From Octopus bimaculoides (Eukaryota): 64,000 bases of DNA. The translations under genes were made by a program, and so were the position numbers. The notes beneath the pieces were generated by a model. It made no database searches, had not been told where the DNA came from, and was given only the letters and a program-made list of their open reading frames with translations. Shown in pieces: positions 37,259 to 47,491 of the stretch (positions within the stretch are counted from its first letter, which is position 1; every line of letters starts with the position of its first letter). The stretch lies in the NCBI RefSeq assembly GCF_001194135.2, contig NC_068983.1, positions 137,332,429 through 137,396,428 on the forward strand, in the 5' to 3' direction.

Positions 37259-38899
37259 NNNNNNNNNNNNNNNNNNNNNNNNNNNNNNNNNNNNNNNNNN
37301 NNNNNNNNNNNNNNNNNNNNNNNNNNNNNNNNNNNNNNNNNNNNNNNNNNNNNNNNNNNNNNNNNNNNNNNNNNNNNNNNNNNNNNNNNNNNNNNNNNNN
37401 NNNNNNNNNNNNNNNNNNNNNNNNNNNNNNNNNNNNNNNNNNNNNNNNNNNNNNNNNNNNNNGATGGTACAATGAAATAAAGTATTGAATGTCTTATTGA
37501 ATAGATGAAATATTGAGTTCAATATAAAGGATTAAATATATAAAGGCGAATACGTATTTTCTATACCTTGTGGTATTTCATCATGGCCGGTATGACAGAC
37601 TTTAACAGACTGTAATAGATTGGCTGGTTTTCTGTCTTTTATACCAATTCCTTTGGACAGCAGCAGTATGTGTTTGGCTATTTTTAGAATTGATGCCAAA
37701 TTTATTTTTAGAAATGATGACATTTGAGAAATTGTTTTGTGTTTTGGTTGTAGGGATAAGATTTTTAAACCCCAGTAGGTGTTTGGCTGTTCTAAGAAAT
37801 GATGACATTTGAGAAATTGTTTTGTTTTGGTTGTAGGGATATATAGATCGATGTATGGCCAAGAGGGAGAGAGAGTTGACTGAAATTTTTTTATTCACTT
37901 TTTGTAGTGAGTGACTGACAGAGAAAAGGAGAGAGAAGTTATGTATGTATGGCTTCAGTGACACACACACACAGAGACGGCGCGCCAACTTCAAAAGAAC
38001 TTCCTCGATCCAATCGCGATCTCTCTGTCTCTCGCTTTTACGCCGACTTGAAAAGATACCCTCCCCACCCCACATATTTTTAAAAAATTTTAAACTCTAC
38101 GGAAAGCGACGATGTTATTCACAAACATAAACAAAAACACGTGCACCATAGTTTGACAGCTACGGTACTCATACCGTAATTTAGCCAACTGTAAACTTAA
38201 CTTGACTAGTGTTTGTGGGTTCTTCTATAGATCAAAGTATTCACATAAATATGTAGTCATTTTAATTTTTAACCATAGCTTAAAACTACTTTCATTTTGG
38301 TGATCTAGTAGTGATGATATTTGTGATGTCTTTTACTTCTATTCATAAATTATCTTGACGTGTTGTTTTCTTTGTTGTTTCGTATTTCATCTAAATAAAA
38401 CTTGGTAGTAATAATAATTTCCAATTTAGGAATAATGGAAGCTTACAATTTCTGCTTTATGCTGTTTACACAATGAAATATAAGTTTTATAAGTTCATTA
38501 TTTTCTGTTCTATTAAGGATGAGAATTGATGATTTGGATGTATTGCCTGTCAAATAATTTGGTCTGGATAGCTTTTGCCTTTATATTTGTCCTTATCTTG
38601 CTTATGATAGAGAAACAAAATCCAATGTTTATCATATTGTTCCTCAGCATCACTGAACCTAGACTGTTTGTTAGTGTGTGTAAAAATATTGAAGATAATA
38701 TGATCTTCAATGAACATAACCCTAACTTTCAGAATCTGATCAGTAAGGAGTTGTAAAATTTGTGTTTAATGAAAAAGAAAATTTACAAATGACATTGTAT
38801 ACATAAGAGATAAAAGATACTAATTTTTCACGTCAAACTTGTATTTGGGAAAATTTTGCCAAGTACGGGAGGTGGGGGTGAAAGGTTTTTTTTTTTTAA

Positions 38900-40250
38900 A
38901 TTTGTTTATGTAGAAGATACTTGCTCAAGGGCTGAGGAGTGAAAGTGAGTTTCATACCACAGGGTCAGGAAACAAGATTCTTAAACATACACATGAATAC
39001 CTCTTTGGCATATCCAAAAAGTTATATTCTTACCAGTGACATTTTGTTCCATTGTACTTGTATGCTGAATTTGAGTTATAAGGAGCATATAGCCATTTCC
39101 TATTTTAAAATTTAAATTTTTGTAGTGGGTTTCCTGAAACTTCTAGTTAATTTAGAAACTCTTTTTGGATAGTTGATCATTCAATTTTGAATCAAGTACT
39201 GTTTCAAATGATTTGTAGCAGTGGTTCTTAGTAGAAGCTACTGCAAAAACTGTGTTGATGCCATCAGCTGCAACTGTTCTTTAGAACTAATATTACTCTT
39301 TCTGTGATTCTGATAGTTTTTCAGAAAGATTTGAGTAGACATTCCTTTTGGTTTGTGAGCAGATGATAGTGTTGTACTTACTGTTCCCATATTAATTCTT
39401 CCTCTTCATTTGGTTTGAATTTTCTATTGTCCTGTTGCAGTGACTTGTTTACAGATTGGCCAAATAACTGATAAGCAAATAAATTGTCTTTTGAATTGGC
39501 AGATAAGTGTAATTTCATTACATTTCCCCAAAGATATGAGGACTTAAGCAAATGTTCATCTGCTCTTGTCTCTCCTAAAACAACAGCCCATATCTGTCTG
39601 AAATCTCCAACAAAAAAGCAAGGATTTCCCCATTATCTTTTTGTTTATACATTGCCCTGTCCACTACTTCTAATATGACTTTATGAAACTTTGTGTGTTC
39701 ATTCCAAATTATGAATTTGCAACTTCTTAGAACCTCTATTATCTCAGTTCCTTTGCTGATACTTTCCATAGCACTTTCATTTATTACCAAGTTGAAAGCA
39801 TGCGCCGCCTTCTTTCTAGGTACATCAAGGAGAAATAGTTTACATTTCTGGAATTAAACTTTTAAGATAATTGTTAATTATGCTGTTATGATCAGGTAGC
39901 AGTTTTGTAATTTCAACTTGATTCTGAAGTTCTTATGTTATTGTCCCACACAGAATTTATTATGACACTTGTCAATGTGATTCCATTCAACATGAGGAAA
40001 GCAAAACCTTGGAACCTACTTTCCTTCCTTAAACAATACTTTGTGTTTAATGCCAATAAGTACTGAGTTGCAAATGGTTTTATTGTAGCAACCCATTATA
40101 ATTGAATTTAAGCTTGATGCTTGGAGTCTTGACAGATCTGTAATTTTTCTACAATGCAAGTGACTGCTTGGGAAACCTAGGTGCTGTGAGCATCTTTCAT
40201 TTATATTAGCGCAACAAATTGGTAGCCATTGGAGCATCAGATAGAATGCT
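38900..40250 (-). mobile_element. Degraded Helitron (PIF1-like helicase) fragment
   Basis: Minus strand: GGAHAFNL (GGRTAHS.FKL-like), ISKGTEIIEVLRSCKFIIWNEHTKFHKVILEVVDR (Helitron LIIWDE.TM.HK..LEA.DR) and an NGT remnant; many stops. Confidence 0.8.
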
Positions 40251-40914
40251 ATGTGTTATTTATTGTAACACTTGGCTTTTATCATTTTGGGCTATGAATT
40301 GGTGGAACTGAAATAATAGCAGGTTTAATGCCTTGTAGTATTTGTTCCAGCTGTTTGTGTTTGTTGTTCAAATCTTGTTATGGCCTACTTGGATGCCTTT
40401 AGCAGCATGCACTGTGTTGCAAGCATTTGAGTCTTATATCTGGTTTGAGGATGCCTTCTCTCCATCTAATCTTGGAGGGCCTCTGAAGAATTATGGGTAC
40501 CGTCTGTCTTCCTTTTTAAAAAATATAAAAGAAGACAGACAGAAGCTTGTAATGTAAAAATAAATGAATGAAAGATCTCGTATAAAAAGGAAGTACTAGA
40601 ATCGGCTTAAAGTAAAATTGAATTATAGTAAATTTATCTCTTAGCTGACTTATGAAAGTCTTTGGGACGGTGGTAAGTGTAAGTGTCACAAAAGTTTTAT
40701 AATTATTTGTCCTTTGAAGCGCGTGGAGTTAGAAAGAAATGTGAAATAGTATCGTAGCACAGGGGAGGTAATTTGAAGCATTGACTTGGAACAATTCATG
40801 AATATATTTCGTAGTTCAATTAACATATTCAGTATGAAAGGTCACATTATGATTTTGTGTCTTCGTTTTGTTATATTTCATTATATAATGTGTTCGTCCT
40901 TCATTACTGCTTGA

Positions 40915-41060
40915 AAACCGGTGTTGGTTTCTTTACTTCCATAACGTAGCAATTCGACAAAATGAAGCGATAGAATAAGAACTGGGGTCGATTTGTGCGG
41001 CTGAACCCGTTGAAGCTGTGCCACAGCATGGCCGCAGTTTAATGACTGAAGACAAAATTG
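40915..41060 (-). mobile_element. SINE fragment (same family as 44720-45056, opposite orientation)
   Basis: Reverse complement of the CAGTCATT..ACTGCGGC.ATGCTG...ATCGACCCCAG block. Confidence 0.65.
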
Positions 41061-42188
41061 ATGTATTGTAAAAAAAAATTTGTTTATTGTTCAACCCTAA
41101 TTCGTCTTTAAAAACGAGTAGATTTAATTTAAAGGCAAGTAGGGCGTAAACCACTCTCATCCTATTTGTGAGAGACTGTAGTGTATATGTGAGTTGACAT
41201 TTGGCTGCTATTTGTAATAAGGTTAAACTATGGTTCTTTTATGGGGTAATAATAACTGTAATATCCATAGGTATTAAATAAAGCGTTTGTGTGAAACCAG
41301 AATTTCATAACAAATTCAAACATGTATCTTGTTAGATGCAAGAAAAGAACCAAGAAAAAAAAAGCTCCTTGCTGGATCTGTACTTCGATATCATATACTG
41401 GTCCTCAGTTTTTGCTCTGTTGTAAAGTTTCTTAAGAGGTTATAATCTAATTTAAGGAATCAGATGCTACCCCCAGTGTGTTGTGTGTAACTCTCTCTTT
41501 CTCTCTAGATCNNNNNNNNNNNNNNNNNNNNNNNNNNNTATATATATATGTCTATATTCACACATATACATATATTTTAATTAATTCTATTATAACATTT
41601 TATCAATCTTAAGATTCCTTTCTGAAGAAATCGAGGTTTTGTTTGATTTATGGTCATAAATCTTTCTATTAATCAATGTCCCCCACCTCCTTTGAAATTG
41701 TTTAAACTTTTTTTTTCGAGACATCGTGTAAGACTAACGTAACACACATCCATTCACAATCAGTAATGAGGAAAATCATTAAAATTTAAAATAATCGTAA
41801 ATCCTACATTCCACCGTTCAATTTAACAAAATTCGAGCACTTTAAATACTATCATAACTTCACTTTATCCTTACTCCACCTCCGGTATTTCTGTTATTTA
41901 TTATTGTTATTATTAAATGAAAACTTTAGTAATTTAGTTCATTGAGTCAGGTTTATTTAACTAAAATCTATGCAGCTGCAATACATTGGTTTGTTTAGAC
42001 GATTACTACTAGAGAGCTCAAGTGCTGCTAGAGGCCACATAGTGCAGTAAATCTTTCAGTAGTAATTCTCTAACTCTAAGGCCAATCATTGCAGGCAGTG
42101 AACGAAGTGAGTGTGACTTCATTCTAAATATAACGTAGTAAAAGTGAGTAGAGTGAGAAGCGATAAGTAGACTGCAGCTTTAAAAAAA

Positions 42189-42630
42189 ATGACTTCTGCT
42201 ATCAATAAATCGAAGCCTTATGGTTGCAAACGCAAAGGTTTGCTACTCAAGACAAAAGTGGCTATAATACGTGCCGTAGACGAAGGCACAAAAAAGAAAA
42301 AAATTATCGCCCGCGAATTCGGTATCCCAGCGACAACATTATCAACTATTATGAAAAACCGCGCGCGTATTTTGGAAGATTTCACAGACAATGGCTCGTC
42401 GCAACGCAAGCGAATTAGAAGTACAATTTATAGAGATGTCGAACAGGCCATATACAAATGGGTCCTACAGCTTCGTCGTCAGGGAGTACAATTAAATGCC
42501 ACCAAAATCAAGCGTAAAGCTGTTGAAGTAGCACACAGTCTTGGTTACAATGAATTTTGCTTCCGTAATAATTGGTATGAACGCTTCCAAGCTAGATACG
42601 GATTCAATTTTCAGACGCCGAACCAAAAAG
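42189..42630 (+). CDS. Psq-type HTH + CENP-B-type HTH module (Tigger/pogo transposase DNA-binding region), putative first coding exon (phase-1 donor)
   Basis: KRKGLLLKTKVAIIRAVDEGTKKKKIIAREFGIPATTLSTIMKNR (HTH 1), RKRIR...YRDVEQAIYKWVLQLRRQG...IKRKAVEVA...F...NNWYERFQARYG (CENP-B HTH). No DDE domain follows. Donor AAG|GTGAGT at 42630/42631; stop 5 codons later if unspliced. Confidence 0.92.
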
Positions 42631-42796
42631 GTGAGTTGAAAAACTAGGCAACGTTTTGCTGTTGGTGTCTTATACATAACGTAGACCGTATGAAGGAGAG
42701 AAATAGATACAAAGAGGGAGATAGTTAAGTAGTATCAGCGTAGTGAGAGAGAGTGAGAGAAACATTTTGAGAATCCACCTGAGTCGGACTTGAGTT

Positions 42797-42804
42797 TGAC
42801 GTCA
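42797..42804. promoter_or_regulatory. CRE palindrome downstream of the CENP-B module
   Basis: TGACGTCA about 170 nt after the donor; the pseudogene paralog has TGATGTCA at 35184-35191. Confidence 0.35.
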
Positions 42805-44094
42805 TGCAATGTACAAGCTTTCTCTAATGATGGAGGTGGAGTATTGAGAGAATGCTAGATCTATAACGTAGAGAAGTTATAGAGACAATTAATCTGGTTG
42901 CATTTCATACTCTTGTCTCTTAAAATTATTTTTGTCTTTTCGTTTGTAACTATACTAATTTACGTTCAGCTTTCAACAGCTTCTTTTAATTTCTATCCTT
43001 TATATTTTGCTATTGTATAAACCAATGTTTAGTATCATGTTTACTTTTTATACTTGAAAGACCGTTTTAAATAAAAACGATATGTTTAGTCAATATTTAG
43101 AAATTTAACATTAATTTAGCACAGGTCCAGCAAGTGTTTTTATGCATTTCAAAGAAAAAAATTTTTTTAATCAAGTAAATTGCCAAGAAAATATCTTGCT
43201 GTAATATAGTTCTTGGTATATTTAAGACATAAAATAACGTTGTGCTAATACTTTTGTTTTAGCTTGTGACTTAATTTCATTGACATTAACCTTGGTTCTT
43301 TTTCCTTCATATCTTCAGATTCAAGTAGATGTTATTAATACCAGGTGGAATAGTAGAGTGAATAAGCTATTAGTCTAAAATTTTGTTCTTTATCCTGCAT
43401 TTTGTCTCTAGATGGAGCATTTGATAAGTATCAATTTTGGTGATTAGATAGAGTGTGATGATATTGTATCTGTATTTATAGAAACCCTGTTTGTTTTTAT
43501 AGTTTATGCTTTGTAGATTTGGATTAAAACATGTAATAGATTATTTCCTATGTCTATCAACTAAAAATTCACTAATTGTCATACTATTTAAGACTAGCCC
43601 AGTATAGCCTTGACCTAAGGCAATAATAAAAATTTATTTATTTGAATAAACATTTATTACCTCTAGATTGACAACACAATCTCCAACAGGTATTTTGTTA
43701 TCAGGACGATTTTACCTGATTTGAATGTTTCTTTGATTTACTATATCCAAAAACGAAATCTATTTTTTGTCATCACTTCTAGATTTCAAGATACCATCCC
43801 ATACACACATAATTTTCACAATTTTTGTCAAAGTATGTAAGTTAGTTATTTTTTTTAATCATGCCGACTCATAAGGGCCAATTTTTCAACTTCATGGCAT
43901 ATAAATTCCCCACATGGACAGGTCCGTCCATTACAGGATTGCTACTCATTTTTGACAGCTAAGTGGACTGGAACAACATGAAATGAAGTGTTTTGCTCAA
44001 GAACACAATGCGTTATCCATGAATTGATACCACAATCTTATGATCATGAGTCCAACACCCTAATCACTAAGCCATGCACCTCCACAAAGTTTGT

Positions 44095-44430
44095 TAAAGT
44101 TCTGTATAAAAATGGACCATGCCTTCACTATATCTACAGCACCCTTCCCAATGTAAGCAGTGAAATGATAAGAGCTGAAGTATTTAATGTCTCAAATCAG
44201 AAAATTGATGAAAGGTGGCTACTCAGTAAATTCAATGAATTGCATTGAAGCAACAGCATGGAAATCATTTCTAATAGTTATAAATGACTTTCTGAGCATC
44301 AAGAAAGCAGCTAACTATACCGAAATAGTCAATAACATGATGGACAATTTTCAAAAGTTGGGAGCAAATATGAGCATAAAACTGCACTGTCTCCACAGTC
44401 ACCTTGATAAATTCCTTGAAAATCTTGGTA
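44095..44430 (+). mobile_element. Degraded Chapaev/CMC-type transposase C-terminal fragment
   Basis: SQIRKLMK...EATAWKSFLIVINDFL..KKAANYTEIVNNMMDNFQKLGANMSIKLHCLHSHLDKFLENLG matches the GPQIR.LM...AW.SF..V...FLG..KA.NY..LV...GCNMSLK.HFLHSHLD.FPENLG pattern; frameshift near 44187. Confidence 0.75.
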
Positions 44431-44719
44431 ACCCATCAGAACATAAAATCAATGGAACAAATGTATCAAAGCCGATGGGACTTATCTATGTTGCTGGAAC
44501 TTGGCTCATGGTCTTCTTGAGATTCAGCACTCAAGAAAATCATCCAAATGCAAATTCATGAGAAATTAAACATAAGCAATGATGTAATTTCTCTGTAGAA
44601 ATTTTAGGGAAACATTCAGGTTTTTGAAGAAAAACCAATTTCTTTGTATGTTATGCCTATTCCTCATCAATTGTTTTATTGAAAAAAAAAAATTCTATGG
44701 ATCCAGTCTGTATACTCTT

Positions 44720-45056
44720 TTTTACTTGTTTCAGTCATTTGACTGCGGCGATGCTGGAGCACCACCTTTAGTCGAGCAAATCGACCCTAGTACTTATTCT
44801 ATTGGTCTCTTTTACCGAACCGCTAAGTTACGGGGACGTAAACACACCAGCATCAGTTGTCAAGCAATGTTGGGGGGACAAACATATATACGACGGGCTT
44901 CTTTCAGTTTCTGTCTTACCAAATCCACTCACAAGTCTTTGGTTGGCCTGAGGCTATAGTAAAAGACACTTGCCCAAGGTGCCACGCAATGGGAATGAAC
45001 CCGGAACCATGTGGTTGGTAAGGAAGCTACTTACCACACAGCCACTCCTGCGCCTA
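44720..45056 (-). mobile_element. Near full-length tRNA-derived SINE
   Basis: The minus strand begins with a tRNA-like head (GGCGCAGGAGTGGCTGTGTGGTAAG...GGTTCCGGGTTCATTCCC; A and B boxes), then GGCACCTTGGGCAAGTGTC and the body. Confidence 0.85.
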
Positions 45057-47441
45057 TATCTTAAAATTTTGATGTGATGGTAATTATCATTTTCAGATTC
45101 TGTGTATCAAAAAACTTTTAATTTAGGTTCATATTTATTGACAACAGAGTAAAAAAAATTGTTTGGTCTGTGTAATTATTAATTTCATGATCATTAATAT
45201 TTATTATATTTAGAGTTATAGGATACTGATATCTATTTTTGCTTTATGCTGCAAAAAATAAATATTTTTACTAGCATTTTAAATGATAGCATATATGCAG
45301 TTTTTGATAGTTTCCTATTTTAATTCTTTGTGTGTACCTATGTATGTATACACACAAACCTTTTGGTTTCAACTGTGAAGGAAAAAATTAAACCTCTGTC
45401 CTTTGCATGCCTTCTGAAACTAACCAATAAGACAAGCAAAGTTAATGTTCTTAAATAATCTGCAAATCTGCTACTGTAGAGAAAGGAATTTCAATGGGGG
45501 AATATTCTGGGGATGAAAGGTCTGTGTGTAATGATTAGTGCAGGACTTTGTTGGTAGGAATAGATTGCTGATGAGAGGAAGAGTGATGAGTAAGTGAAGG
45601 TGGCAAGGAGTAAAAGCTGCTATTGTTAGAGAAGAAAGGCAGAAAGAGGAGACAGTGCGTCATTAGGCTAAAGTCTAGTATGTTGGTGAAAAATATGTCG
45701 TATGAGTTTGTTTTCACTATCTTCAACCCTTTGCTGTTGAAACATTTTAGATTTAGAATTAAAAGACTTTGTCTAAATGCCTACTTGCAAATGCATGTAG
45801 CTTATTACTGTAGCAGTTCTAAAACAAAAGCTAATTCCATCAAAATATACATGTGACAATTGAGTTGGAAATAATATATATGGAGAATTAAAAGAATTGA
45901 TTGATACTGAAAATATAACACTGTCTATCAATTCTTACAATTGTATTACTTGGAGTAGTTACTCACTATCCCAATTGCATTCCACTTTCAACAAAATCTC
46001 ATGGAAGCAGTTTCATGCGTCTTCCTTGCAGGAAGACTCATGAAACTGCATGCATTCTACCTTTGTGTTTGGAACACCATGTGATCCTTATCCATGCAAG
46101 TATATTTGAAATTGTACATACCTAATTCGTAATTTGCAAGATTTTCATTGATGCAAGTAGAAAGATGCATTCAACCTGACTGCTAACTCTTAAACGAAGC
46201 TGTTTCTCCAACTCCTTCAGGTTAGTTAAATTTTATTTATTTTATAACCTTCAATTTATATCTTTGTCATTTTTGGATTTCATGATAATTTTTGTAATAT
46301 AAAATATTTATTTTTATAATTTAATGTTTCAATTTTTTTCTTCTTCCAGACAAAAAGTTTCAGAAAACAAAGAATTACAGAAAACACAGAAATGAATTTA
46401 AATCAATCTAGTTATAGTGGGAAAGAGAAGGGTCATATTGCTTTGTAAATTAAAACAATTTGGAGAGATTTATGAGTAGATTTCACTGGCTGTTTTAAAC
46501 AGATTATCCTTCAAGTTTTGAAAGGCTGGAATGTAAATATATGGGAGATCCTTACTGCACTGAACAAAGTGGGGGGGTTTTTTTTTTTGGTGGTTTTTCT
46601 TTCTATTAAAATAATTGTTTGAATGGCAAAAATGTACATAATAAAATTTTGTATATAACAAATATTGTATCAATAAAGATTTAAACAATCATTTTCTTTA
46701 AAATATGATTAATTATATTTTTTTGTAACAATGACTGATGTTTATTTATTTTTTTTGTATGCATTTATTCTGCTTAAATCATTAACTGTTTTATCTTGTG
46801 TACTCTCCCTTCTTTCTAGAGAATGTAAATTTTTGGAAAAGAAAATAATGAAAATATTGTATATTAAGTATGTTTGGCAGTGTTGCTTGGCTGATGTGCT
46901 AGTGATCAAAATTTTTTAAAGTGTCAAACTATTATCTAACTAAAAGCAAACAATGATTTTTATATCCTAAAGTACACCATACAGCCTAACTTCTCACACA
47001 CAAGACTACAATAATTATTTTTATTTATGGTAAAATTATTTTGATATTTATTATTGGAAATTTTGCAGTAGCACAAAAACAACTGTCGGAAATGAAAAAA
47101 AAAATTTTGACTTTAATCAAAAACATGCATTGTAGAATATGAACTGGACATTGTATTGGTTCTTCCTTTTTTGTTAGGTTCTGCTTGCAATTTTAACTCC
47201 ACCTCTGGCAGTTGATTTAACAGTTTCTGTATCTTTGAAACAGATCATAGTTTTTATACTACTTTACTGATTCATGTATGCAGGCAGCCTACTAAACTGT
47301 TTATTCTTCTTACAACTCCTTATGTATCATATTCTCAGAAATGGAACTTCACCCTATTATTTATAATTACATGCATAAATGCAAGCTTGTCATTTTCCAC
47401 TGTTACCCATTTGGTGATAAAATAGTTTCTTTCTGTTTCAG

Positions 47442-47491
47442 GTGATACCCAGAATGTTCAAATATCAAAGCAGACCCACCGGTTCTCAACA
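47442..47491 (+). CDS. Small internal exon, candidate first constant exon
   Basis: Acceptor TTTCTTTCTGTTTCAG| and consensus donor |GTAAGT. 50 nt; entered in phase 1 it reads (G)DTQNVQISKQTHRFST and exits in phase 0. It is also open from phase 0. Confidence 0.55.

Noticed and set aside
4601-42630. Interpretation of the DBD modules as intact or recently active DNA transposons
   Set aside because: No catalytic DDE/DDD regions or TIR/TSD pairs seen. Domains end at splice donors, and the THAP pair shows a synonymous excess.
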